From Pseudomonadota bacterium (GTDB taxonomy: Bacteria > Pseudomonadota > Alphaproteobacteria > Geminicoccales > Geminicoccaceae), in contig JBCBTD010000012.1 in NCBI GenBank assembly GCA_039818825.1, positions 8,863-72,862 of the forward strand: a stretch of 64,000 bases of DNA, read 5' to 3'. Under the pieces are notes generated by a model. That model made no database searches. It was not told the origin of the DNA and saw only the letters and a program-made list of their open reading frames with translations. The position numbers and the translations under genes were made by a program. This document shows positions 1 to 9,872 of this stretch, one piece after another. Every line of letters starts with the position of its first letter. Position 1 is the first letter of the stretch.

Positions 1-1430
1 ATGCCGTAGGCACCGTAGCCGTAGAGCAAGAGCGGGCCAGCGTCGCCGCTCCGGTCGGCCCGTCGGACCAGCGAGATCGGCACCTTGACCCCGTCCGCAG
101 TGGTCGCCTCCAAGCGTTCGCTGACGTAGTCGTCCTTGGCGTAGCCGCTCGGGATTCGCTGCACCTTGAGCGTTTCGAGCCGGCCGTCGGCGAGGTGGAA
201 GTCCATCACCGACGCCGGGCTGACCAACGAGCCGTAGCGCAACCTCAGCCGATCGGTGGCGAACTCCAGATTGGCGCCCAAGCCGGCGGCGTAGGTCGGT
301 TCCGGCCAGGGCACCTGTAGCGTTCTGCCGTCGTCGGTCTCGACGCGGATCTGCACCAGGCCGCGCTCGCGGGTCACGGCCACGACGAACGTGGCGAACG
401 GCACCGCGGCGACCAGGTAGACCTCGTCGGAGCCCGGGCGCAGCTCGCGCCAGTTCGGTTCGTCCGGTGTCGCCACCGGTGCTTCCACCAGTCGGAAGTT
501 GCGGTGGTGGTCGTTGGTGACGATCAAGAGCCGGTCGCCGCGATGGCTGACGGCGTACTCATGCCCTTCGCGGCGCGGCGCCACGACGCGCGGCGGCGCC
601 GTCGGGTCCGCGGTCGGGACGAGGTGCACCTCGGTGGTCGCGTGGGTCCCCGTGCCGATCATCACGAACGCGTCGCTGGGCATCCGGCCGACGCCGACGA
701 AGAAGCCCGGATCGGTCTCCTCGAACACCACAGGGTCGGTCGCCGGGTCGGTGCCGAGCTGGTGTCGGCGGACCCGGAACGGACGCAGCTGGTCGTTCAG
801 CTCGGTGTAGAACAACGTCCCGTCGTCGCCCCAGGCGACCACGCCGGAGGTGTTGACGAGCCGGTCGGGACGCCGTGTCCCACTTTCGGGTTCGACGATC
901 TCGACGACGTAGCGTTCGCTACCGTCGGTGTCGGTCGCGTAGGCCACGAGCCCATGGTCCGGCGACGGTGCATAGCTGCGCAAGTTGAAGTAGGCGTGGT
1001 CCGCGGCGAGCGCCGGCTCGTCGATGAACACGATCTCGCTGCCGCCCGCCTTCGGCACCCGATACCAGCGTCGGTACTGGACGCCCGGCGCGTAGCGCCA
1101 GCCGTAGAGCCAGTCCCCGTGGGGCGTCGGCACACTCGCCTCGTCCTCTTCGATCCGACCCTTGAACTCGCCGAACAGCCGTTCGGTGAGCGGCACCAGC
1201 GGTGCCATGATCGCGTCGGCGTACGCGTTCTCGGCGCGCAGGTGCTCCAGCACCGCGGGATCGTCGACCTCGGGATAGCCGGGGTCGCGCAGCCATGCGT
1301 ACTCATCGAGCAGCACCTCGCCGTGGTAAGTCCGGCGGGTTTCGCGAATGGCGGCTACGGGTGGCTTCGGCGGCGTGGTCGACGTCAACGCGTCCCTCCT
1401 GCGGTCATCGTCGGCCGTCGGCCTGGACAT
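1..1430 (-). CDS. ptrB: Oligopeptidase B (S9A prolyl oligopeptidase family). N-terminal about 475 aa only; the C-terminus runs off the window.
   Basis: The minus-strand frame is open from an ATG at 1430..1428 to the window edge. Translation starts MSRPTADD...EVLLDEYAWLRD, which is the oligopeptidase B N-terminal motif. Near position 1 the frame encodes GDAGPLLLYGYGAYG, the S9 catalytic-domain signature. A RBS-like GAGG lies upstream. Confidence 0.8.
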   Translation of the reverse strand, partial: MSRPTADDDRRRDALTSTTPPKPPVAAIRETRRTYHGEVLLDEYAWLRDPGYPEVDDPAVLEHLRAENAYADAIMAPLVPLTERLFGEFKGRIEEDEASVPTPHGDWLYGWRYAPGVQYRRWYRVPKAGGSEIVFIDEPALAADHAYFNLRSYAPSPDHGLVAYATDTDGSERYVVEIVEPESGTRRPDRLVNTSGVVAWGDDGTLFYTELNDQLRPFRVRRHQLGTDPATDPVVFEETDPGFFVGVGRMPSDAFVMIGTGTHATTEVHLVPTADPTAPPRVVAPRREGHEYAVSHRGDRLLIVTNDHHRNFRLVEAPVATPDEPNWRELRPGSDEVYLVAAVPFATFVVAVTRERGLVQIRVETDDGRTLQVPWPEPTYAAGLGANLEFATDRLRLRYGSLVSPASVMDFHLADGRLETLKVQRIPSGYAKDDYVSERLEATTADGVKVPISLVRRADRSGDAGPLLLYGYGAYG

Positions 1431-1506
1431 CGGGCGCGGATTTTCGTGCCGCCCTGCGCTGGACCATTGACAGCCTGTGGCTATTAGATCGACTGAGTAA
1501 CGTAGA

Positions 1507-3033
1507 ATGACATGTTTCGGCGGTGCTGCGTCGTCGGATGATACGAACGCTGCTTGGTTTCGGCACCGGCCTGGAGTTTCCGAGTTGCATGCCACACGCC
1601 ACGACCGTTGGCTGCGGCAGACCGCGGCTGGTTTGGCATTGGCTGTCTTGTGGTACGGCGCTTGGCGGCTGGGCGCCGTTGCTGGCACCGAGGCTGACGC
1701 CAGCTTGTGGTATCCGCCCGCGGGGCTGACTCTGGCCCTCGCGCTGACGCTCGGGCCGCGGCATCTGGTCGTGTTGGTGATCGCTGTCGGCGGCGGATCG
1801 CTGCTGAGCGGCACGGCGATGGCGACGACCGAGTTCGGCGTGCCGCCGCTGCGCGCCATGACGTTCGCGCTGATCGGCGCTGCGGCCCATGCCGTGCCCT
1901 ATGTCGCCGGCGCGATGCTGCTCCGCCGACATTGGCACGCCTGGTGGCAACCGGGCGACGTTCGCCAGGTGGTCGCCCTGTTGGTCGCGACTCCACTCAT
2001 GGCGGGGGCGGCTGCGATCGGCGGTTTCGTGGTGCTGCGCCTCGAAGGCGGGCCACTCGGCGTCGATGCCGCGACGACGGTCGCGACGTCGTTGCTCGGC
2101 GACTGGCTCGGGGCAGCGACGCTGGCGCCGATCCTGGTCTTGCTCCTGGTCGAGCCGTTGGCCCGTTGGCTCGGGCCCGGTGTCAACCCGGCAGCCCGCG
2201 CCGCCCTCGGGTGGGCGGTCGGTCGGCCGTCGTTGGTTCTCTGCGGCATTTCGATCGTCGCCGCCGCCTTGCCATTTGCTGCCGATCGGATCGACGTACC
2301 TCAGTTGCAGATGCTCCTCACCTTCCTCCCGGTGATCGCCGTGATGGTCGTCGCGCTCAGCGCGCCCACGCTCTGCGCGTTGGGTTCCGCGGCGATGATT
2401 GCGGCAGCCACCGCGACCGCGGGCGCCCGCTCGGCCGACGTCATCCTCGACCCGCAGCTCGCCGCTCTTGCCATCGTCGTCGTCAGTCACCTGTCGATCG
2501 TGGTCACCGTTCTCCGCCGCGACAGTGGCCACGACGCTCTGACCGGCGTCGCCAACCGCCGGCGACTCGAGGAGTCCGCTTCGGTGTTCCTCGCCCGGCC
2601 GCCGGTGAGTGTCATCATGGTCGATCTGGACGACTTCAAGGCGTGGAACGACGCTTACGGCCACGCTGGCGGTGACGCGGTGCTCGTGGCGACCGCGCGC
2701 TATCTGCGCGGTTCGGTGCGCTCGTCCGACGTCGTCGCGCGGATCGGTGGCGACGAGTTCCTCCTGGTGGTTGCCGCCGACGTGCCGCACGCAGCGCGGA
2801 TGGCGGAGCAGCTTCGTGTCGGTCTGGCCACCGTTCGGCCCCATGGCCGAGCGGCGCTCGTGGTCAGTGCGAGCTTCGGCGTGGCCGCCGTGGCTGGTGG
2901 CGGCCCGGCGGCACTCCGGCGCGCCATCGACGACGCCGGCCGGGCACTGCTCGACGCCAAACGCGCCGGCCGCAATCGCGCGGTCACCCAGTCCACGGCT
3001 GATCTCGCGGACGCCGGCCGTCACCCCGGCTGA
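1507..3033 (+). CDS. Membrane diguanylate cyclase: a MASE1-like sensor region followed by a GGDEF domain.
   Basis: The N-terminal half is hydrophobic with WYPPAGLTLALAL, a MASE1-like signature. The C-terminal half carries RIGGDEFLLV and DAKRAGRNR, which are GGDEF hallmarks. The exact start is uncertain. Confidence 0.8.
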   Translation: MTCFGGAASSDDTNAAWFRHRPGVSELHATRHDRWLRQTAAGLALAVLWYGAWRLGAVAGTEADASLWYPPAGLTLALALTLGPRHLVVLVIAVGGGSLLSGTAMATTEFGVPPLRAMTFALIGAAAHAVPYVAGAMLLRRHWHAWWQPGDVRQVVALLVATPLMAGAAAIGGFVVLRLEGGPLGVDAATTVATSLLGDWLGAATLAPILVLLLVEPLARWLGPGVNPAARAALGWAVGRPSLVLCGISIVAAALPFAADRIDVPQLQMLLTFLPVIAVMVVALSAPTLCALGSAAMIAAATATAGARSADVILDPQLAALAIVVVSHLSIVVTVLRRDSGHDALTGVANRRRLEESASVFLARPPVSVIMVDLDDFKAWNDAYGHAGGDAVLVATARYLRGSVRSSDVVARIGGDEFLLVVAADVPHAARMAEQLRVGLATVRPHGRAALVVSASFGVAAVAGGGPAALRRAIDDAGRALLDAKRAGRNRAVTQSTADLADAGRHPG

Positions 3034-4409
3034 CGGCCCGGCATGACGCGGCGCGTAGGCTGGACGGCGGGCAGCGCCAACACCCCGGGCAGACGGAGTG
3101 TCGCGCGCAAACCGCCGAGCGGTCCTTCGCCGAGCACCAAACTGCCGCGGTAGAGCCGCGCATGATCGGCGACGATGGCGAGGCCGAGGCCGGAGCCCGG
3201 CACGCTCTCGTCGAGCCGCCGGCCGCGTTCGATGACGCTGGTGCGCTCGCTCTCCGGCAGGCCCGGCCCGTCGTCGTCGACGTGGACGACGAAGCCGCCC
3301 TCGGTTGGCTCGACGCCGATCTCGACATCCCGCGTCGCCCACTTGCACGCGTTGTCCAAGAGGTTCCCGAGCATCTCCAGAAAGTCTTCTCGTTCGCCTC
3401 GAAAGACGGCGTCGATTTGCTGCTGACGGCGCAACACGACGCCACGGGCACCGTAGATCTTGGCCAGAGTGCGCACCAACTCGTCGACGATCGGCGAGAC
3501 CGGCACGCGGGCGGCGGTGCTGCCGGCGGCGCCGGCCATGCGGGCGCGTGCCAGATGATGGGTGATGAGGCGCTCGACCCGGGGCAGTTGGCGGCGAGCG
3601 GCGTCCGCCAGCCGGTGGTCGTCGCCGCGCTCGGCCTCGTTGGAAAGGATCGAAAGCGGCGTTTTCAAGGCATGGGCGAGATTGCCGCCGTGGGCACGGG
3701 CGCGCTCGATGACGTCCTGGTTGTAGGCGAGCAGGGAGTTCAGCTCGGCGACCACCGGTTCCAGTTCCGTTGGAAACGTGCCGTCGAGCCGCTCGTCGTC
3801 GCCGGCGCGGACCTTCTGCAACCCCGCCTGCAGCCGAGCAAGCGGGCGAAGGCCGAAGGCGACCTGAACCAGCACGCCGGCGACCAGCGCTGCGCCCAGC
3901 ATTGCCAAGGCGATCGCCACCGTCACCGAGAATCGCGCGGTTTCGCGGGTCAGGCTGGCGGTGTCGCCCGCGACCCGGAACCGATAGATCCGGCCGTCGA
4001 TCATCACCGGCCGGCTCAGCATTCGCAGCCGTTGGCCCAAGGGACCGATGACCCGCGCCATCTCCAGCGCCGCGCGCGGCAGCTCCGTGTCCCAGAGCGA
4101 GCGCGAGTGCTCCACCTGCTCAGGTGCCTCGACCTGCCAGTACCAGCCCGAGAACGGTTCGCGGAACCGCGGCTCGCCAGGGGGAACGCCGACCATGAGG
4201 TCGCCTTCTGGGGTGACGTCGACGACGCCGACGAGGCCGTCCATCAGCACGTCAAGCCGATCGTCGAAGGCGGCGGACACGCTCCGAGCGAAGATCCACG
4301 AGAGCGCGACACCACCGCAGGCGAAGACCACGAGCGACCAAAGGCTGGCGAGCACGACCAGCCGCCCGGCCAGCGATTTCGGGCGAAAGCGCGTCAGCGC
4401 CTTGAGCAT
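3021..4409 (-). CDS. Two-component sensor histidine kinase (HAMP/HisKA/HATPase_c).
   Basis: Two transmembrane segments are followed by an H-box (LAHALKTPLSIL), N-box (LLDNACKW) and G-boxes (DDGPGL, GSGLGLAIV). It sits immediately downstream of the response regulator, sharing one nucleotide (TGATG). Confidence 0.85.
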   Translation of the reverse strand: MLKALTRFRPKSLAGRLVVLASLWSLVVFACGGVALSWIFARSVSAAFDDRLDVLMDGLVGVVDVTPEGDLMVGVPPGEPRFREPFSGWYWQVEAPEQVEHSRSLWDTELPRAALEMARVIGPLGQRLRMLSRPVMIDGRIYRFRVAGDTASLTRETARFSVTVAIALAMLGAALVAGVLVQVAFGLRPLARLQAGLQKVRAGDDERLDGTFPTELEPVVAELNSLLAYNQDVIERARAHGGNLAHALKTPLSILSNEAERGDDHRLADAARRQLPRVERLITHHLARARMAGAAGSTAARVPVSPIVDELVRTLAKIYGARGVVLRRQQQIDAVFRGEREDFLEMLGNLLDNACKWATRDVEIGVEPTEGGFVVHVDDDGPGLPESERTSVIERGRRLDESVPGSGLGLAIVADHARLYRGSLVLGEGPLGGLRATLRLPGVLALPAVQPTRRVMPGRQPG

Positions 4410-5080
4410 CAGCCTCCGCTTTCGGGGTCGACCAGCCGATAGCCGAGCCCGCGGACGGTTTCGATCAGGTCAGCGCCGAGCTTGCGCCGCAGCCGGCCGA
4501 TGAACACTTCGATGGTGTTGCTGTCGCGGTCGAAGTCCTGGTCGTAGATGTGTTCGGTCAGCTCGGTCCGCGAGATCACCCGGCCGGGGTGGTGCATCAG
4601 GTAGGCGAGCACCCGGAACTCGTGGCCGGTGAGCCGGACCGGCTCGCCGTCGACGGTGACGGTCGCCGCGCGCGTATCGAGGCGGATCGAGCCGCAGGCC
4701 AGCTCGGCCGAGGCATGACCCGAAGCGCGTCGGATCAGGGCCCGCACACGAGCCATGACTTCGGCCATGTGGAACGGCTTGGCGACGTAGTCGTCGGCGC
4801 CGGCGTCGATGCCGGCGACCTTGTCGCTCCACCGATCGCGCGCCGTCAGCACCAGGACCGGCATCTGCCGACCGGCACGGCGCCAGCGCTCCAGCACCTT
4901 CAGCCCGTCGAGCTGCGGCAGGCCGAGATCGAGGATGACCGCGTCATAAGGCTCGGTGTTGCCGAGATGGAGGGCGTCTTCGCCACCCGTTGCGAGGTCG
5001 ACCGCGTAGCCGGCCGCGACCAAGGCTTCCTTCAGCTGCTCGGCGAGGTCGAACTCGTCTTCGGCGACCAGGACACGCAT
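4409..5080 (-). CDS. OmpR-family response regulator.
   Basis: MRVLVAEDE...DAVILDLGLP forms a receiver domain, and the C-terminal winged helix contains VETVRGLGYRL. Confidence 0.9.
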   Translation of the reverse strand: MRVLVAEDEFDLAEQLKEALVAAGYAVDLATGGEDALHLGNTEPYDAVILDLGLPQLDGLKVLERWRRAGRQMPVLVLTARDRWSDKVAGIDAGADDYVAKPFHMAEVMARVRALIRRASGHASAELACGSIRLDTRAATVTVDGEPVRLTGHEFRVLAYLMHHPGRVISRTELTEHIYDQDFDRDSNTIEVFIGRLRRKLGADLIETVRGLGYRLVDPESGG

Positions 5081-5207
5081 GACGTCAGTCGGCGGCGCGG
5101 ACCGGGCCCGCGGGCAGGGTGGAAGGCGTTCTCCTCATGACGAACCTCGTGCCGAACGGGCGCTGAAACCGTCGTGAACGGTCGATGCGCCCAAACTTGC
5201 CCCGGGT

Positions 5208-6113
5208 TCACGCCGCCGGCAATGCCAGCCAGCCGTCGGCGACCATCACGGCGGCGCCGGTGACATGCACGGCGGTGACGATACCGCCCGTCTTGTCGGC
5301 TCGAACGTCGAGCCGTGACGGGCGGCCCATTTCGATCCCCTGTGCCAAACGGTACGCGAGGCTCCCATCGGCGCTAGGTGCCAGGGTGGCGAGCAGCCCG
5401 CCGAGGCCCGCCGCGGCGCTCCCAGTGGCCGGGTCTTCTTCGATGCCCATCTCGGGGACGAACACGCGCACGCGGAAATCCTCCGCGTCCCCGCTGACCG
5501 GGGTGTAGCAGACGATCCCGTGGCGTGCGCCTGGGCTCGGCAGTCGCGCCAGGGTCGACCGGTCGGGCCGGGCGCGGGCCAGGGCGTCGAGGCTGGCGAG
5601 CCGGGCAAACAAGAACGGGAGCCCGGCACCCGAGTCGACCGGTTCATGCGGTTCCGTCATCACGTCGCCGGGCGTGAGGCGCAGCGCCTCGGCAACCGCT
5701 TCGTGGCCAGTGGTCGTGCCTTGGGTCGGCGCCAGCGGTGCGGTCACGGTCGCCCGCGCCGCGTCGCTGTCGATGCTGATGGCGGTCGGCCCGGCGTCGA
5801 GGTCGAACGCGAACCGCTCGCCCTCTGGCGACAGCGCCAGATAGCCTTCGGCGGTGAGGGCGAGCGCGGCGCCGATGGTCGGGTGCCCGGCGAACGGCAG
5901 CTCGGCTTCGGGTGTGAAGATCCGCAGCCGCCGGACGCAGTCGGAGCGCCGGCTCGGCAGCGCGAACACCGTCTCGGAGAAGCCGAACTCACGCGCAACG
6001 GCGGCGAAGGTCGGCTCCGTCAACGGCCGCGCGTCGAAGACCACCGCCAGGCGGTTGCCGGCGAACGCGCGGTCGGTGAACACATCGAGGATCTGGAACC
6101 GCGCGCGCGCCAA
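5208..6113 (-). CDS. PhzF-family phenazine-biosynthesis-like isomerase.
   Basis: FQILDVFTD...GNRLAVVFD and PATGSAAAGLGG are PhzF/DAP-epimerase-like fold motifs. The start codon is TTG at 6113..6111. Confidence 0.8.
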   Translation of the reverse strand: MARARFQILDVFTDRAFAGNRLAVVFDARPLTEPTFAAVAREFGFSETVFALPSRRSDCVRRLRIFTPEAELPFAGHPTIGAALALTAEGYLALSPEGERFAFDLDAGPTAISIDSDAARATVTAPLAPTQGTTTGHEAVAEALRLTPGDVMTEPHEPVDSGAGLPFLFARLASLDALARARPDRSTLARLPSPGARHGIVCYTPVSGDAEDFRVRVFVPEMGIEEDPATGSAAAGLGGLLATLAPSADGSLAYRLAQGIEMGRPSRLDVRADKTGGIVTAVHVTGAAVMVADGWLALPAA

Positions 6114-6116
6114 CGC

Positions 6117-6323
6117 TCAGTCCGCCCAGAACGGCTTGGCCGCTTCCTTGAGGACGTCGTGGCGGGTCAAGCCCAAGTCACGCAGCATGCGATCGTCGAG
6201 CTCGGCCAGCGCCCGGCGCTGCTTCGAGCGGATGTACCAAGTGCGGACGGCGGTAAGCAGCCGAGCGCCGAACGACGGGCCATCCGCACGAGATGGTATT
6301 GTAAGGGTCCAATTTGTGAACAT
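6117..6323 (-). CDS. DUF1127 (YjiS-like) small protein.
   Basis: A 68-aa protein with the RRALAELDDRMLRDLGLTRHDV signature of DUF1127. It starts with ATG. Confidence 0.7.
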   Translation of the reverse strand: MFTNWTLTIPSRADGPSFGARLLTAVRTWYIRSKQRRALAELDDRMLRDLGLTRHDVLKEAAKPFWAD

Positions 6324-6400
6324 GGCCGGAACACCTCCGCATTGATGCCATTCAATGTATGGTATTGACGAATGTGTGGGTCAAGGCGAATATTGTCACC

Positions 6401-7810
6401 ATGACAATTCTCTCTGCCGATGTTGCAGCTCGCCCCGGTCCGCGCTACCGCGCGCTGGCCGACGCCATCGCCGATGCGATTGCCGACGGTCGGTTGGCGG
6501 TGGGCACGCGGCTGCCGCCGCAGCGCGAGCTCGCGACGACGTTGGGCGTCACCGTCGGCACGGTAGGCCGCGCCTACGACGTGGCCGCGCAGCGCCAGCT
6601 GGTCAGCGCCCAGGTCGGTCGCGGGACGTTCGTCGCCGAACCGCCGGAGGGGCCGCTGACGCACGACGTCATGACCGGTCGGGAGATGTCGCCGGTGGAC
6701 CCCGGCTATCCGGCGATGGACCTCCGCACCAACCAGCCGGTCATCGACTGCCACGCCGAGCTGGCGGCCGCGGCCAGCGAGATTGCCGATGGCGCGGCCG
6801 ACCCGGCGCTGTTCCTCGGCTACCCGCCGACCGTCGGCCACCGCGTCGACCTGCTGGCGGGGGCTGCGTGGTTGGCGCGCCATGGCGTCGACTGCGATCC
6901 CGACGACGTCATGGTCACGGCCGGCGCCCAGGGCGCTTTGGCCGTCGCCGTTACCGCGCTCAGCCGTCCGGGCGACGTCCTGCTGGCCTGTGGCCTCAGC
7001 TATCCGCACTTCCACGATCTGGGCGGGCTACTGGGCCTTCGGCGCCATGCCGTGGAGGCTGACGACCAGGGCATCTGCCCCGACGCACTGGACGTCGCCT
7101 GCCGCGACACCGGCGGCCGGCTGTTGGTCCTCAACCCGACCTTGCACAACCCGACCGGCGGCACGCTCACGCCCGAGCGTCGGCGGGCGATCGTCGCGGT
7201 GGCCCGCGCCCACGACCTGATCCTGGTCGAGGACGACGTCTACGGCCTGCTCTTGCCCGACCCGCCGGAGCCGATACGCAACCTGGCGCCCGAGCGGACG
7301 ATCTACTTGACCAGCATCTCCAAGACGTTGGCACCGGGTCTGCGGCTCGGCTTCCTGGTGGCACCCCCAGCGCTCCGCGCCCGGCTGGTCGATGCGCAGC
7401 ACACCATGCTGCTGGGGTTGCCGCCATTGGCGGCGCGGTTGTTCCGCCACTGGCTCGACAGCGGTCTCGCCGACCGGGTGGTCGACCACCAGCGCTCGGA
7501 AACCGAGGCGCGTCAGGTGCTCGCGCGGCGGGTCCTCGGACCGCTCGCCCCGAACGCACGGACCGAGGGCCACCATCTTTGGTTGCGTGTCCCCGGCCGT
7601 TGGCGGGCCAGCGCCTTGGTCGATCGGTTGCGCGCGGCCGACGTCCACGTCCTCGCCGGCGACCTGTTCGCCTTCGGCCGCGCCCGTGTGCCGAACGCCA
7701 TCCGTCTGGCCCTCAGCGGCGCCGTCGATCGCGCCAGCCTGGAGCGGGCGATGGAGATCCTGGTCCGCACCGTGGAGCAAGATGCCCGCGGCCACGAGGT
7801 TTGTGCCTGA
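6401..7810 (+). CDS. MocR-family regulator: GntR-type HTH fused to an aminotransferase-like, PLP-dependent domain.
   Basis: The N-terminus carries a GntR HTH (YRALADAIADAIADGRL...LPPQRELATTLGVTVGTVGRAY). The large C-terminal domain is aminotransferase class I/II-like, with a SISKTLAPGLRLGFLV lysine region. Confidence 0.8.
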   Translation: MTILSADVAARPGPRYRALADAIADAIADGRLAVGTRLPPQRELATTLGVTVGTVGRAYDVAAQRQLVSAQVGRGTFVAEPPEGPLTHDVMTGREMSPVDPGYPAMDLRTNQPVIDCHAELAAAASEIADGAADPALFLGYPPTVGHRVDLLAGAAWLARHGVDCDPDDVMVTAGAQGALAVAVTALSRPGDVLLACGLSYPHFHDLGGLLGLRRHAVEADDQGICPDALDVACRDTGGRLLVLNPTLHNPTGGTLTPERRRAIVAVARAHDLILVEDDVYGLLLPDPPEPIRNLAPERTIYLTSISKTLAPGLRLGFLVAPPALRARLVDAQHTMLLGLPPLAARLFRHWLDSGLADRVVDHQRSETEARQVLARRVLGPLAPNARTEGHHLWLRVPGRWRASALVDRLRAADVHVLAGDLFAFGRARVPNAIRLALSGAVDRASLERAMEILVRTVEQDARGHEVCA

Positions 7811-7961
7811 GCGAAGGCCCAGACGCCCCTGGTGATCGGCCCGTCGTGGCGGTATATCTTGATCAAGAAGGCAGCGGCCCCGATGGGTACGCTGTCCGAT
7901 TGGGGAGGCCCGCCGCGACAGCCTGCTGCCGTCGCCGCCCGGGCCGCAGGCGGAGCTTGGG

Positions 7962-9872
7962 ATGGACCTGCCCGATCTGGAGCGGTTTGATACTCTGCCG
8001 AAGCTGCTGGTGCACAACGGCACGCAGCACGCCGCCGCCGTCGCCATGCGTGAGAAGGACCTCGGCATCTGGCACGAGTTCACGTGGGGCGACGTGCTGG
8101 CCAACGTCCGCACCATCGCACTCGCGCTGACCGACCTCGAGGTCCGCCGCGGCGACGTCGTGGCGATCATCGGCCGCAACCGCCCGAACTGGTTGTGGAG
8201 CGAATGGGCGGTCCACGCCGTTGGCGGCCTCTCGCTCGGGCTCTACGAGGACGTTCTCGGCGACGAGGCGGCGTATCTCTTGAACTATGCCGAGTCGCGC
8301 GTCGTCGTCTGCGAGGACGAGGAGCAGGTCGATAAGCTCCTGGAACTCGGCGACCGCATCCCGCACGTCGCCTGGATCGTCTATCACGACCCGCGCGGCA
8401 TGCGGAAATACGCCGACCCGCGCTTGATCGACTGGGGGGCGTTCCTCGCCCGTGGCGCCGTGGTCGACGCCAGCGATCCGGCTCGCTTCGACCGCGAGGT
8501 GGCTGCTGGCAAAGGCGGCGACGCGGCGATCCTCTGCACGACGTCGGGCACCACCTCGCACCCCAAGCTGGCGGTGCTGGAGCACGGCCGCTTCATGCGC
8601 CATTGCGCCCGATACCTGGAGCGCGACCCGCGCGAGCCGACGGACGACTACGTCTGCATGCTGCCGCTGCCGTGGATCATGGAGCAGGTCTACGTCGCGG
8701 TGATGTCACTCCTGTCGCGGATCCGCGTGAACTTCCCCGAGAGCGGGGAGACGGCGATGCACGACATGCGGGAGATCGGGCCGACCCACATCCTGCTCGC
8801 CCCGCGCGTCTGGGAACAGACGGCGGCCGACGTCCGCGCCCGGATCATGGACGCCAATCGCGCCAATCGCTGGCTGTTCGAAACCGGGATGCGCCGTGGC
8901 ATCGACGCCCTGGAGCAAGGCCGCCGCGACTGGGTCGCGGACGCCTTGACCTTCCGCTCGCTGAAGGACCGGCTCGGGTTCCGCAACGTCAAGTCGGCGG
9001 CCACCGGCGGCGCCGCGCTCGGGCCCGACACCTTCAAGTTCTTCCTGGCCATGGGGGTGCCGCTCCGTCAGCTCTACGGCCAGACCGAGCTTTGCGGCGC
9101 CTACACCCTGCAGGACGGTAGCGGCATCGACTTCGACAGCTCCGGCTTGCCCTTCACCGAGGTGGAGCTGCGCATCGACCATGCCGACGCCAACGGGGTC
9201 GGCGAAATCGTCACCCGTCACCCCAACATGTTCCGCGGCTACTTCAAGGTCGACGAGACGCCCGACGTCGACGCCGAAGGTTGGATGCACACGGGCGACG
9301 CCGGCTATCTGGACGACGCTGGCCGCCTCGTGGTCATCGACCGGCTGCGCGACATCGCCACGACGTCCGGCGGCGATCGTTTCTCGCCCCAGTACATCGA
9401 GAACAAGCTGAAGTTCTCCCCATACGTCGGCGAGTGCGTGGTGCTCGGCGATGGTCGCGCGTTTCTCAGCGCCATCCTCTGCATCCGTTTCCAGATGGTC
9501 GCCAAATGGGCCGAGCAGAAGCGGGTCGGCTTCACGACGTACGGCAACCTCGCCGCCAACGCGCAGACGTACGATCTGATCGCCGGCGAGGTGGCCAAGG
9601 TCAACGAGAGCCTGCCGCCGGCCCAGCGCCTCCGGCGGTTTCTCTTGCTGTTCAAGGAGCTGGACGCCGATGACGGCGAACTGACGCGCACCCGCAAAGT
9701 CCGGCGCGCGGTCATCGATCAGCGCTACGCGCCGCTGATCGATGCGATCTACGCCGGTACCTCTGCGGTCCGGATGGATGCCGAGGTGACCTTCGAAGAC
9801 GGGCGCAAGGGCACCATCGATGCGCTGATGGCGATCCGCGACCTTGCCGCCGACGCGGTGGAGCCGGCTTGA
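7962..9872 (+). CDS. AMP-dependent synthetase/ligase (long-chain acyl-CoA ligase-like).
   Basis: The AMP-binding motif TSGTTSHPK is present, along with GYGQTE-like and GWMHTGD motifs. The gene is translationally coupled (ATGA) to the downstream ABC ATPase. Confidence 0.8.
   Translation: MDLPDLERFDTLPKLLVHNGTQHAAAVAMREKDLGIWHEFTWGDVLANVRTIALALTDLEVRRGDVVAIIGRNRPNWLWSEWAVHAVGGLSLGLYEDVLGDEAAYLLNYAESRVVVCEDEEQVDKLLELGDRIPHVAWIVYHDPRGMRKYADPRLIDWGAFLARGAVVDASDPARFDREVAAGKGGDAAILCTTSGTTSHPKLAVLEHGRFMRHCARYLERDPREPTDDYVCMLPLPWIMEQVYVAVMSLLSRIRVNFPESGETAMHDMREIGPTHILLAPRVWEQTAADVRARIMDANRANRWLFETGMRRGIDALEQGRRDWVADALTFRSLKDRLGFRNVKSAATGGAALGPDTFKFFLAMGVPLRQLYGQTELCGAYTLQDGSGIDFDSSGLPFTEVELRIDHADANGVGEIVTRHPNMFRGYFKVDETPDVDAEGWMHTGDAGYLDDAGRLVVIDRLRDIATTSGGDRFSPQYIENKLKFSPYVGECVVLGDGRAFLSAILCIRFQMVAKWAEQKRVGFTTYGNLAANAQTYDLIAGEVAKVNESLPPAQRLRRFLLLFKELDADDGELTRTRKVRRAVIDQRYAPLIDAIYAGTSAVRMDAEVTFEDGRKGTIDALMAIRDLAADAVEPA

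Noticed and set aside
504-1487. A 327-aa plus-strand ORF at the window start.
   Set aside because: The opposite strand encodes a clean oligopeptidase B N-terminus (YAWLRD, GDAGPLLLYGYGAYG). The plus-strand translation is Arg/Gly/Val-rich with no motif, a typical antisense ORF in 70% GC DNA.
1405-3348. A 647-aa minus-strand ORF, together with similar very long ORFs at 3162-4442 (+), 10572-12419 (-), 12625-14022 (-), 13976-16114 (-), 16731-18113 (-), 23414-24604 (-), 38689-40860 (+) and 51460-53637 (-).
   Set aside because: All lie antisense to, or out of frame with, genes that have strong family signatures. Their translations are low-complexity R/P/G/A-rich strings. High GC content suppresses stop codons and generates these artefacts.
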